This document shows, piece by piece, positions 1 to 8,446 of a DNA stretch of 32,000 nt; the stretch's first letter is position 1, and each line of letters begins with the position of its first letter. Location of the stretch: the NCBI RefSeq assembly GCF_019464535.1, contig NZ_CP080507.1:4140001-4172000 (forward strand), written 5' to 3'. Under the pieces are notes generated by a model. It searched no databases, was not told the origin of the DNA, and worked only from the letters and a program-made list of their open reading frames with translations. The position numbers and the translations under genes are program-made. This DNA is from Horticoccus luteus (GTDB lineage: Bacteria > Verrucomicrobiota > Verrucomicrobiia > Opitutales > Opitutaceae).

Positions 1-1379
1 TCCCAGCCCGCTTGCTCCAACCGCGCATCGTGATCTTCGCCGCCGTAAACACTCGCAAAGGTCGTCGGCCCCTCCCGCACCTGCCAACGCTCGTCCGTGC
101 CGACGATCTCCACCGTGCCGTCCGCGTATTCGAACCGCAGTTGCGCGATGACCGTGAGCGGCCGAAACGCGTTCTCCAGTTTCAGGTAACGCCCGGGCCG
201 CACATTGTAAAAGCCGCTGCCCAGAAACACGCCCGCGCCATTGGCGCCTTCGCGCACGAGTGGCGTGATGTCGTGCGTATCGTAAAGGCACGTTTTGGTG
301 TAGGTCGTCCAGCCCGGCGCCAGCAAATCGAGCCCCACGCGCGCGCCATTGATCGAGAGCTCGTGGTGCCCGAGTCCGCACACATGCAGCAACGCCCGCT
401 TCAACCCGCGCCGCACCGTGAACGTCCGCCGCGCGAGCAGCGTCGCGTTGTCGCGCGGGTTCGCGCCGCGCATCACTTTGCCATCGACGAGCGCCGCGAC
501 CGACCACCGCTCGCTCTCCTCGCTGTCGCTCGCCGTCACCGTTGCGCCCGCCGCGATATTGACGCCGCCCGCGAGCACCGCGATCTGGCTCAGCCGCAGA
601 TAGAACCCGTGCCCGTCGCCATGCAGTTTCGTCACCGTGAGCCGCACGTAACGCACCGTGGTCGACGGCACGGGACGTACCGCGCACACGTGATAGTTCC
701 ACGGAAAGTCCTCGGCCGTTTGGTCCACCAGCGTCACCACTTCGCGGAAATCCGCCTGCGTCGCTCCTTCGATTTTGAAGCGCTGCGGAAATCCCAACCA
801 CTCCACGTCGCCGTAACGCACACCATAGAGATGCACTTCGTCGATCGTCCGCTCGGCGCCCAGGTCGAGCGTGATCCATTTCGTCGTCTCCGCGGTCGCC
901 GCCGGTTCGGAACGATAGCCCCATTGCGGCCGCACCCACTTCAGCAGCTCGGCGTCCGTGATCCATTTCGCCTGCCAGTCCGCCGGCGTCAGCACGCCCA
1001 TCGTCCACGTCGCAATCTCGCTCCACGCCGATTCGCCGCCCGTCTCGTCCCACACGCGCACGCGCCAGAAAATCTCCTCACTGGAACGCAGCGGCCGGCC
1101 GCCATACCGCAGGAACGTCTGCTGGTCCGACGCCACGCGTCCGCTGTCCCAAGCGTCGACGTTGCCGTCGGCCAGCGCGGCCCGCGCCGTCGCCGCCTGC
1201 ACCTGATACGCCGTCTGGCGCCGCCCGCGACCTTCGCCGCGCAGCTTCCAACTCAAGCGCGGCGGCGCCGCATCCACGCCCAACGGCGACGCTTCGCCAT
1301 CGCAACGCAGATCGTAACACGTCAACGGTTGGACTGCACGGTGGAGAGACGCAGGGGCGGAGACGCTCGGAGAGCTCAT
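1..1379 (-). CDS. alpha-L-rhamnosidase (GH78), N-terminal ~459 codons; continues beyond the left edge
   Basis: Absent from the ORF track because no stop lies in the window. My translation of the minus strand from ATG 1379..1377 stays open to position 1. It starts MSSPSVSAPASLHRAVQPLTCYDLRCDGEASPLGVDAAPPRLSWKLRG...QTAYQVQAAT...WDSGRV. Later it reads ALLHVCGLGHHELSINGARVGLDLLAPGWTTYTKTCLYDTHDITPLVREGANGAGVFLGSGFY. These match the typical bacterial GH78 N-terminal motifs (LRCE..PLGID..PRLSW and the Bac_rhamnosid_N block). A discoidin/F5-8 type C-like stretch (TKWITLDLGAERTIDEVHLYG...VRYVRLTVTK) sits between them. ORF 12..2252 (+) is its antisense shadow. Confidence 0.8.
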   Translation of the reverse strand, partial: MSSPSVSAPASLHRAVQPLTCYDLRCDGEASPLGVDAAPPRLSWKLRGEGRGRRQTAYQVQAATARAALADGNVDAWDSGRVASDQQTFLRYGGRPLRSSEEIFWRVRVWDETGGESAWSEIATWTMGVLTPADWQAKWITDAELLKWVRPQWGYRSEPAATAETTKWITLDLGAERTIDEVHLYGVRYGDVEWLGFPQRFKIEGATQADFREVVTLVDQTAEDFPWNYHVCAVRPVPSTTVRYVRLTVTKLHGDGHGFYLRLSQIAVLAGGVNIAAGATVTASDSEESERWSVAALVDGKVMRGANPRDNATLLARRTFTVRRGLKRALLHVCGLGHHELSINGARVGLDLLAPGWTTYTKTCLYDTHDITPLVREGANGAGVFLGSGFYNVRPGRYLKLENAFRPLTVIAQLRFEYADGTVEIVGTDERWQVREGPTTFASVYGGEDHDARLEQAGW

Positions 1380-1415
1380 GGGTGGGAAAACGCGCGCCAC
1401 CGCACGCGAAACGCG

Positions 1416-1459
1416 CCACCGGTGCAAGCGCCATGCGCGTGCACCGGTGGCACTTTTTT
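1416..1459. terminator. strong hairpin between rnk stop and rhamnosidase start; possible terminator/attenuator
   Basis: Perfect 11-bp inverted repeat: CCACCGGTGCA (1416..1426) and TGCACCGGTGG (1440..1450). Four further GC pairs are possible inside the 13-nt loop. A T6 run (1454..1459) follows on the plus strand. On the minus (gene) strand the hairpin starts 7 nt after the rnk TAA and is followed only by CGCGTTTCGCG. Confidence 0.45.
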
Positions 1460-1865
1460 AAGCCGCCGACACCGCTTCCTGCTTCGCCGGCGCCACCCGC
1501 GTCAGGCGCAGGCGCCGCGTGCCGCCGGGCATTTCCCAGGCGATTTCCGCGCCCTCGGCGTAACCGAGCAGCGCGGTGCCCAGCGGTGCGAGCACCGAGA
1601 GGCGGCCGCGGGTCGGATCGGCGCGTTCGGGCAGCGTCAACGTGTAGTGGTCAACTTCGTTGGTATCGAGATCGAGCACCGCCACGCTCGACTCCAGGCC
1701 GACCACGTTGGGCGGCAGAGTCGGCACGATGGTGGCGCGATCCAGTTCAGACCGCAGGCGGGCGAGGGTCTTCGCCGTGCGTGCGTCGGAGGCCGTCACG
1801 CCGGAAAGGCGCAGCCGGAGGTTTTCGCAGTCGTTGGCCGAGATGTAGATAATGGGTTCGTTCAT
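1458..1865 (-). CDS. rnk: GreA/GreB-family regulator, Rnk-like (regulator of nucleoside diphosphate kinase)
   Basis: The 135-aa product MNEPIIYISANDCENLRL...VVGLESSVAVLDLDTNEVDHYTLTLPERADPTRGRLSVLAPLGTALLGYAEGAEIAWEMPGG has the GreA/B C-terminal domain pattern and the Rnk size class (~136 aa). Its start overlaps the upstream gene's stop as ATGA (1862..1865). Confidence 0.8.
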   Translation of the reverse strand: MNEPIIYISANDCENLRLRLSGVTASDARTAKTLARLRSELDRATIVPTLPPNVVGLESSVAVLDLDTNEVDHYTLTLPERADPTRGRLSVLAPLGTALLGYAEGAEIAWEMPGGTRRLRLTRVAPAKQEAVSAA

Positions 1866-2863
1866 AGAGAAACCAGGGTTGAGGGTTGGGGTAAACGAGC
1901 CGCCGCCGGTCGGACGGCGACCCGGGTGAGAAAATCGAGGTCTTCGGTCGAGAGCGTGAAATCCGTCGCGGCCAGCAACTCGCGGAGTTGCGGCGCGCTC
2001 GCCACGCCTACGACCGGCGCCGTGACGGCGCGTTGCGCGAGCACCCAGGCGAGCGCCACGCGCGGCAGACTCACGTCGTGCCGCGCCGCCACTTCCGCCA
2101 AGGCCGCGCGCACCGAGGTGAGCGCTGTCGCGCCGTCTTCGAGCGGGGCCCTCCGCCCGCGCCAGCCCGAGAAAGCCTCATCGCGATCCACCTCCGCCAG
2201 CAAACCGCCGCCGAGCGGGGAGCGCGCGAGAAAGCCCAGACGATACGCCTGACACAGGTCGAGCAGGTCGCGTTCCGGACGCTCTTGCGCAAGCAGCGAG
2301 AAATCGGCTTGGACGACCTCGAAGCGGTCCGTGTCGCGCTGCACGGCCCGGTGGATCGCTTCCATCACGCGCCACGCCGGCAAACCGCCGGCACCGAAAT
2401 AACGGATCAAACCGGCGCGGCGCAGCCGGGCGAGGCTGACGAGCAAATCGTCGATCGCCACGTTCGCTCCGCCCCACTCCAGCAAAAACAAATCGAGATG
2501 GTCCGTTTGCAGCCGACGCAACGACGCCTCGCACGCCGCCCGCACCGTCTGCTCCAGCGTCGCGCCCGCCAACGTCGGCGCGCCTTCAAACATCACGCGC
2601 GTCGCCAGAAACAACTCCGGCCGCGCGATGCCGCGGGCGCGCCGCCAACGGCCCACGTAGTCCTCGCTCGCATGCGCCGAGGCGAGTCCAGCGCCGTCGC
2701 CGAAGCGCACGGAGGAGGTTTGCACAAAATTTCCGCCGGCCGCGCGAAACGTGTCCAGCACCTCGAACGCCTGCTCCATGCCGACGTTCCACCCAAAGTT
2801 GAGGGTGCCGAGGCAGAGCTCCGACACCGTGACGCCCGAGCGCCCTAAAACACGCCGCTTCAT
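1862..2863 (-). CDS. aldo/keto reductase family oxidoreductase
   Basis: The 333-aa product starts MKRRVLGRSGVTVSELCLGTLNFGW...AFEVLDTFRAAGGNFVQTS...YVGRW, a typical AKR N-terminus and fold length. GGAGAG lies ~11 nt upstream of the ATG. Confidence 0.85.
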   Translation of the reverse strand: MKRRVLGRSGVTVSELCLGTLNFGWNVGMEQAFEVLDTFRAAGGNFVQTSSVRFGDGAGLASAHASEDYVGRWRRARGIARPELFLATRVMFEGAPTLAGATLEQTVRAACEASLRRLQTDHLDLFLLEWGGANVAIDDLLVSLARLRRAGLIRYFGAGGLPAWRVMEAIHRAVQRDTDRFEVVQADFSLLAQERPERDLLDLCQAYRLGFLARSPLGGGLLAEVDRDEAFSGWRGRRAPLEDGATALTSVRAALAEVAARHDVSLPRVALAWVLAQRAVTAPVVGVASAPQLRELLAATDFTLSTEDLDFLTRVAVRPAAARLPQPSTLVSL

Positions 2864-3343
2864 AACGACAGTCTCTCCCCGCCGCGCGCTCCATGAAGGC
2901 GCGAAAGTGCGTTGGCGACGAAGGCAATCCGCGCGGAATGGAATAATGTTACAGTGGAGAAATTCATGAGTGACCTTTCGGGGACGGGTGGAAACCCGCG
3001 TTCCGAAATCATTCGGGGTCCGCGGGTCGTGAGGATCCTGAGCGTAAAAACACGCCGGCGATCAGGCCGACGTGCACGCGTAACAGGTTCGATTAAACCC
3101 GGTGTTCGCGAAGCAGGCGATTTCCGGGTGGCGCCTGAGCGGCGCGGCGAATCGTCAGCTTCCGACACCGGGGATCACCGGTGCGACGAAGAGTTTCCGG
3201 TGAGCCCGGAACGGGCGGGAAAATGTCTCTTGATGCGTCATGGCTGAAATAGTACCCGGCAAGGGGGCGTCACTCCGCGCACAAGTCAAGCCCGTGCCGG
3301 CCATCGTCGGCTCGTCGGGCGTCCCCCTCGGCCGTCTCACGCG

Positions 3344-3805
3344 CTATTCGATCCGTCCCTCGTCGAAATCGATCAAGTCGGGCACGGTCTTGATTTCACC
3401 CACGCGATCCACGCAGCCCATCGCCGTGAGCGCTTCGCGGAGAAACTCCTGGCCCGCCGGCGTCAGCCCTTTTTGCGCCAGCTCGCGATTCCATTTCGCC
3501 GCCCGCACATCGGCCGGCAGCAAGGCGCGCAACCGCTGCTCCACCTCCGCGTCGTCCGCCGCCGCGAAGACAATCTTTTCCACCTCCGCCGGATCGATGC
3601 CGAGGTGCAGGCACAAAAAGCGATCGATCCCGCGCTTGTAGTTCTTCGCATAACTCTTCGGCAACGCCCCGTGTGCTTTCACATAACGGCACTTCGCCAG
3701 AAACCGCGGCAGATACAGCAGCCCCGTCGCCGCGTGCGCGATATAAGGCGACGGCAGACAAGTGAGAACTTCCCCCGTGGAACCGGGAATCGGCTTCGAT
3801 GGCAT
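3344..3805 (-). CDS. DUF5069 domain-containing protein
   Basis: The segment GLLYLPRFLAKCRYVKAHGALPKSYAKNYKRGIDRFLCLHLGIDPAEVEKIV...AAKWNRELAQKGL...TVPDLIDFDEGR fits my recollection of the DUF5069 family pattern. I place the start at the internal ATG 3805 (MPSKPIPG...) rather than the track start 3886, because the first 27 residues are R/G-rich junk. Confidence 0.6.
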   Translation of the reverse strand: MPSKPIPGSTGEVLTCLPSPYIAHAATGLLYLPRFLAKCRYVKAHGALPKSYAKNYKRGIDRFLCLHLGIDPAEVEKIVFAAADDAEVEQRLRALLPADVRAAKWNRELAQKGLTPAGQEFLREALTAMGCVDRVGEIKTVPDLIDFDEGRIE

Positions 3806-4057
3806 CGCGTGACAACGCAACAGTTCCCGCCGCTCATGCAAGCCGCACCCGCGCCGCCGCTGACTTCCGCCGGATTTTTCAAGCACTACGCGTTCGATGC
3901 TTGTCGGCTGGCGGCTGCACCAACGCTCGCTTCGCCTCGATCGCTGCGGTTCGGGGAACGCACGCGTCTCGCGGCTGACGCTCGGTGTCTCGCCGAGAGT
4001 GGCTCGGATCGCCCGCGCCGGGCGCTCCCACGGATGAACGACCTCGCCGCCGCCACG

Positions 4058-7000
4058 TCAGGGCACCACGTAGAGCTCCACCATCATCTCCCCCGTCGCG
4101 CCCGCTACGCCGCTGCCTTGCACCGTGTAGACGCCCGGCTCCAACGTCACGAGCAGAGCGGCATCGTCACTGCCATCCGGAAATGAAAACGCACCCACGG
4201 TCTGCGCCGCCGTCGCGATGGCCGACGCATCCGCACTCGCGGACCAGTGGTCGTTTTGCGCCAGCACGGTGGAGCCGCGATAAAGCGTGACTTGCGGATC
4301 GCCCAACGCCCCGGCCACACCGAACGACGCCAGCGCCGGCCCCGCGCCGCGGATGAGCAACGTCACCGGCCCATTGCCCGCGACGACAAAGCCCGCCACT
4401 AGCACCTTATCTTCTGCTCCCGCAAAACCGCGGAGCGAAACGTTGGCCACCGGCGCCGAGTTCGCCGGGTCCGCCGCATCGTAAAATTCAAACAGACTGA
4501 TCCCGGCGCCCGCATCAAGGCCGCCGGCACTGGCGAAGGTCTGCGCCGAGTAAGTCCCGGCGGAAAGCAGCGGCGCCAACGCCGCGTCGTGCGTGTTGCG
4601 AAATACCGGCATGATCGTTTCCGGCTCCGGAAACGCCCCCAGGCGCGCCGCCAAATCCGTGATGCGCGTCGCGAGCGCACCGTCGGCATTCTCGCCAATC
4701 TGCGTCATGCCGTCATGGAGACGCAGGACCGGATCCCGCAACGTCGACGAATACGGCACGCCATAGTAGGCCAGCCCCGAACCGATCGCGCGCAACAAAA
4801 CCGGATGCGCCGCCGCATCCCGCAACACGAAGCCGCCGATCTGCGGCGCCCCGCCCGGGCTCACCCAACTGCGCGCGGAAAAGTTGACGATGCGCGTGGT
4901 ATTCGGCGCGACCGTGAGCGTCGCCGCCTCGCTCGTGTAAGTGACGCCCCCCGTCGTGGCCACGAGCCGGTAGTCGCCGGCTTGCGCAGCCGTGAGTGAT
5001 GTCAACGTGAGGGTCGCCGCCGTGGCACCGGCGAGGTCGGCGCCGTTGAGCGTCCACTGATACGTCGCCGGCGTCGACGTGCCGAGCGCCGCCTGCAACG
5101 TCACGCTGCGACCCGCCACGATCGTGCGGCTCTCCGGCATCACCGTGAAGCCCGGCGTTTCGATGAGGTTGAAGCGCACGAGTCCGGCATGCGGCTGACC
5201 GTTCACGCTCGTGAAATCGCCGCCGACCCAAAGATGGCCGGCGCCATCCAACACCGCGCCACTCGGCGCTTGGTCAAACGTGGGATGGAAATTAAGATCG
5301 AGCGTGCCATCCGCGAGATAACGCCGCCCGTTGTAGAACCAGGAACCGTCGGCCAGCAACTGCCCGCGGCCGACCGGCGATTGCGGGTCAAAGCTCACGT
5401 CGCGCGAGCCATCCGGGTTGAGACGGAACACCGTGGAAACATAGGGGCCGACGTTGTAACCAAAGACCAGCGCGCGCCCGTCCGAAAGCGGTTGCGCGCT
5501 GCTCACGTTCGTCGGCAGCGCCGCGAAATCAGGCTGGTAAGTTTCGTCGACAGAACCGTCCGCGTTGAGCCGCACGAGAAACGGATGCTCGCCGCCATTG
5601 ACCTTGCGCGCGGCGCTGGCCACCAGCAGCCGGCCATCGGGCAGCACCACGGCGGACTGCACCGCGTTGCCCACGCCGGCTCCGGGAAGAATGACCTGGG
5701 CGAGATCAACGGCGACGACATACCCCAGGGTGAACTCCCCAAACACCGTGGGCAGGGTCGCATCGACGTGCCCATCGTCGGCCAGCCACACGAGTTTCAG
5801 ATTTTCCTCGCGCGTGCTATCCGGCGTGAACACCGCGACAAGCACGCGACCATCCGCCGTCGCCGCGAGCCAGTTGGCCGACAACAAATCCAGATCGGCC
5901 GGCGGGTTGAAGGTCGGGTCGAGCGTGCCATCGGCGAGCAGGCGCACGAGCTGCGTTTCGCGGTGATGCACCCCGTGGGCATCGGCCGCGCCCAGCGTCG
6001 TCTGGCGCCCGATGAGACGCCCGTCGGGCAGGTGGAAAACGGGGACGACCGCCTCCGGCGTGAACGCAGGATCCAAAGTGCCGTCGGCGAAAAAACGCGC
6101 GCTGCCCGCCCGCGGCTGATCGTCGATGTGCGTGAAGTATCCCTCCGCGCGCACGCCGCCGCCGGCATCGAGCGCGAGACGCGACACGTTGCCCTGTGAC
6201 CGCAGCGCGAGGGTGGTCGGCAGCGTAGTGAGCGAACCCGCCGCCAGATCGACAACGCACAGTTTCGGGTCGGCCATGCCGGGCACTTCCCAGTAGCTCC
6301 ATTCCATGAAGACTCCCGGCACCATCGTGAGCGCCCCCTGCACGATCGCCACGCAACCATCGGACAGCGCGGCGGCGAGGTGCTGCGTGCGTTCGGCGCC
6401 GGGCAGATCGCGAAAATCCCGTTCCAGGCTCCCGTCACTGCGCAGAAGATACACGACGTTGACCGCCAGCGCATCCGTCGTCGGCCGCGCCCCGAGCTCG
6501 ATCGCGATCCGCCCATCCTCGAGCACGATGACGCGGGAGATGTTGTCCAAATTCGAAATCGCCGGAGTGAACGCCGGATCCCTCGTCCCGTCCGCCTTGA
6601 ATTTCGTCAGGTCGCCATTCCCCGCGAGCACTTCGCCGTCGGGCGTCGCCGCAAGCAGCCGGAAAGTGCGACCCTCGGCCGGCGCGAAGGCCGCATCGAG
6701 CGCACCCGTCGACGTGAGGCGCACGAAGTAGTAAGTCGCCGGGCCATCGGACCCATAGCTGACCCCGCTCAACACGGTGCGACCGTCCGAATCGACCACG
6801 AGCGATTCCACGCTCAAGGCCGGATTGGCCCACGACGTTGCAAACGCAGGATCCACCGTGCCGTCGGTGAGGATGCGCGCGAGGCTGTTGCGCGGCTGGC
6901 CGTTGACCGTCGTGAACTCGCCCCACGCGATCAGCGCGCCATCGGGTTGCCGCGCCAGCTTGACCAACGTGCGATCGAACGTGACTGCGGCAAACGCCGG

Positions 7001-7417
7001 ATCGATGCGCCCATCGGCCAGCAGGCGCACGACGCGAATCGGTTCGCCCGTGCCGTCGTTCGGATACGACACGCCATACGCCGGCCCGGTGACCGCCGCC
7101 ACCTTGCCGTCCGGGAGTGGCACAACCGAAAACACCGCCCGCCCGCTGCCGATGTCAGCCGCGAACGAAGGATCGCGCGAGCCGTCCGCGAGCAGCCGCA
7201 CCACGCCGGATCCGCCGATCGCCGTGCCATTGACGTAGTTAAAATGGCCCACCGCGAAAAGCTGCCCCGCCGGCGTGCCAACGAAGGCCGTGCCTTCCAA
7301 CGTCTGCGCTTCACTCTCGATCCGCGGCGCGAACGTCGCGTCGAGTTCCACGCGCTGCGCGAACACCGGCGCGACCGCGAAAAGTAAACACCCGCCCAGC
7401 AACCATCGCGCATTCAT
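4058..7417 (-). CDS. large secreted repeat protein: DGxxDPxF (delta-60-like) beta-propeller-type repeats + Ig-like domain + duplicated C-terminal module
   Basis: A start at ATG 7417 gives MNARWLLGGCLLFAVAPVFAQ, a signal-peptide-like N-terminus. The track start at 7702 adds 95 implausible residues. More than 12 repeats carry DGS/T-x-DP-x-F (DGSRDPSF, DGRIDPAF, DGTVDPAF, DGTLDPAF, DGSVDETY...). An Ig/I-set-like block follows (SRTIVAGRSVTLQAAL...YQWTLNG...AGDYRLVATT). Two related C-terminal modules start NFSARSWV...IGGFVL...LLRAIGSGL and NVSLRGFAG...VAGFVV...LLIRGAGPAL. Confidence 0.8.
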   Translation of the reverse strand: MNARWLLGGCLLFAVAPVFAQRVELDATFAPRIESEAQTLEGTAFVGTPAGQLFAVGHFNYVNGTAIGGSGVVRLLADGSRDPSFAADIGSGRAVFSVVPLPDGKVAAVTGPAYGVSYPNDGTGEPIRVVRLLADGRIDPAFAAVTFDRTLVKLARQPDGALIAWGEFTTVNGQPRNSLARILTDGTVDPAFATSWANPALSVESLVVDSDGRTVLSGVSYGSDGPATYYFVRLTSTGALDAAFAPAEGRTFRLLAATPDGEVLAGNGDLTKFKADGTRDPAFTPAISNLDNISRVIVLEDGRIAIELGARPTTDALAVNVVYLLRSDGSLERDFRDLPGAERTQHLAAALSDGCVAIVQGALTMVPGVFMEWSYWEVPGMADPKLCVVDLAAGSLTTLPTTLALRSQGNVSRLALDAGGGVRAEGYFTHIDDQPRAGSARFFADGTLDPAFTPEAVVPVFHLPDGRLIGRQTTLGAADAHGVHHRETQLVRLLADGTLDPTFNPPADLDLLSANWLAATADGRVLVAVFTPDSTREENLKLVWLADDGHVDATLPTVFGEFTLGYVVAVDLAQVILPGAGVGNAVQSAVVLPDGRLLVASAARKVNGGEHPFLVRLNADGSVDETYQPDFAALPTNVSSAQPLSDGRALVFGYNVGPYVSTVFRLNPDGSRDVSFDPQSPVGRGQLLADGSWFYNGRRYLADGTLDLNFHPTFDQAPSGAVLDGAGHLWVGGDFTSVNGQPHAGLVRFNLIETPGFTVMPESRTIVAGRSVTLQAALGTSTPATYQWTLNGADLAGATAATLTLTSLTAAQAGDYRLVATTGGVTYTSEAATLTVAPNTTRIVNFSARSWVSPGGAPQIGGFVLRDAAAHPVLLRAIGSGLAYYGVPYSSTLRDPVLRLHDGMTQIGENADGALATRITDLAARLGAFPEPETIMPVFRNTHDAALAPLLSAGTYSAQTFASAGGLDAGAGISLFEFYDAADPANSAPVANVSLRGFAGAEDKVLVAGFVVAGNGPVTLLIRGAGPALASFGVAGALGDPQVTLYRGSTVLAQNDHWSASADASAIATAAQTVGAFSFPDGSDDAALLVTLEPGVYTVQGSGVAGATGEMMVELYVVP

Positions 7418-7948
7418 CCTTCGTGCCGCGTCGACACGCATAACGGCCAGCGGCTCACGCCCTCCAAATCGCGCCGCGATCGCCGCCTGTGGTCCGGGGA
7501 GCGCACGCATCCCGCGTGCTGCTCTCCGCGCCTCGCCGAGAACGGTTCGAATCAGTCGCACGAGGCCGCCCAAACCGAAGCGCGACACGTGTGCGCTCGC
7601 CTGCCTCGTGCCCGCAAGCGACTGCCGCTGCTGGGCCAATTGAATCCATCGTGAAACGAGAGCGGCGACGAGCGGCGCGAGGCAGGAGAAGTGGCGGGAC
7701 ATACGAAGCGTGGTTGAAACGCACCGGCCGGGCGTGGCGAAGAGAATGCTGCCTCACCCGCGGTGCGTCACCTTCTATTACGTGCGTCCGGACGACCTGG
7801 AGTCATCTCTGCGTCGCTGTAACATCGTAAGCCCTGGAATGAGTCGAAGCGTGCACGCCCCACTGCGCGGCCGCCACGGACGCCTGACTCTTCCCATCGC
7901 CAAGAACCACCGCGACACCAACCACGAGCGCCCGCGTCCAGTTTGAGG

Positions 7949-7959
7949 GTCGCTTTTGC
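7949..7959 (+). repeat. left copy of 11-nt direct repeat GTCGCTTTTGC (candidate island junction)
   Basis: Exact 11-mer, repeated in the same orientation at 19259..19269. This copy lies 4 nt outside the vsr stop codon. Confidence 0.3.
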
Positions 7960-7963
7960 CGAT

Positions 7964-8395
7964 TCAGGTTTCCCGTTTTCGACCGGGCTCCCTTTCCGCC
8001 AGCACGCGCTGCAACCGCGCCACCGTTCGCGCCGCGTGCTTCTTGGTCAACGCATGCTCCCAAATCCGCACGACACGCCAGCCGGTCTGCTTTAGGAGCC
8101 GGTTCACCTCCCGGTCCCGCGCCCGGTTATGCAGAATCTTCGCCCGCCAGAACTCCGCGTTCTGCTTCGGCCAAGTCGCATGTTTCGGACACCCATGCCA
8201 GAAACAGCCGTCAACAAAGACCGCCACGCGCTGCGCCGGAAAGACGAAATCGGGCTTGCCGATGATCGGACGATGCCGACGCCAACCCGTCACTTGGTGC
8301 GCCCGGAAGATTGCGATGAGCCGCAACTCCGTACCCCGGTTGCCGCGGCCGCGAATCGCCGCCATGACCGCCGATCGCTGGGCGACGGAAAACAC
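7964..8395 (-). CDS. vsr: very short patch repair (Vsr) DNA mismatch endonuclease
   Basis: The C-terminal 143 aa of track ORF 7964..9235 read FSVAQRSAVMAAIRGRGNRGTELRLIAIFRAH..GKPDFVFPAQRVAVFVDGCFWHGCPKH...NAEFWRAKILHNRARDREVNRLLKQTGWRVVRIWEHAL. These are the Vsr signatures, with the PDFV Asp and the FWHGC His block present. No in-frame ATG exists, so I place the start at GTG 8395..8393 and regard it as uncertain. Confidence 0.8.
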   Translation of the reverse strand: MFSVAQRSAVMAAIRGRGNRGTELRLIAIFRAHQVTGWRRHRPIIGKPDFVFPAQRVAVFVDGCFWHGCPKHATWPKQNAEFWRAKILHNRARDREVNRLLKQTGWRVVRIWEHALTKKHAARTVARLQRVLAEREPGRKRET

Positions 8396-8446
8396 GTCCG
8401 TGCCGGTGGACCTGCATCGTCCCCGGTGGCAAAGCGCGTTTTCGGG

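Noticed and set aside
12-2252. 746-aa plus-strand ORF, the longest ORF at the left end
   Set aside because: Its composition is extreme in R/P/A/H with no recognisable motif. It lies antisense to three well-supported minus-strand genes (GH78, rnk, aldo/keto reductase). This is a typical GC-rich antisense shadow ORF.
2864-3343. Possible known structured RNA (RNase P, tmRNA, SRP, TPP, cobalamin or other riboswitch) in the 480-nt gap
   Set aside because: I compared both strands by eye with the conserved cores I remember: GAGGAAAGTCCGGGC, the tRNA-like GGTTCGAATCC end, the CTGAGA...CCTGATCTGGATAATGCC core and the B12 box. None matches. The region is kept only as an unassigned gap in the findings.
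3806-3886. Upstream extension of the DUF5069 ORF (track start 3886)
   Set aside because: The first 27 residues (MLEKSGGSQRRRGCGLHERRELLRCHA) look non-native. The family-like sequence begins after the internal Met at 3805. This is a judgement call, not proof.
7418-7702. Upstream extension of the large secreted protein ORF (track start 7702)
   Set aside because: The internal ATG 7417 gives a classical signal-peptide-like N-terminus (MNARWLLGGCLLFAVAPVFAQ). The 95 upstream residues are R/A-rich and would bury it.
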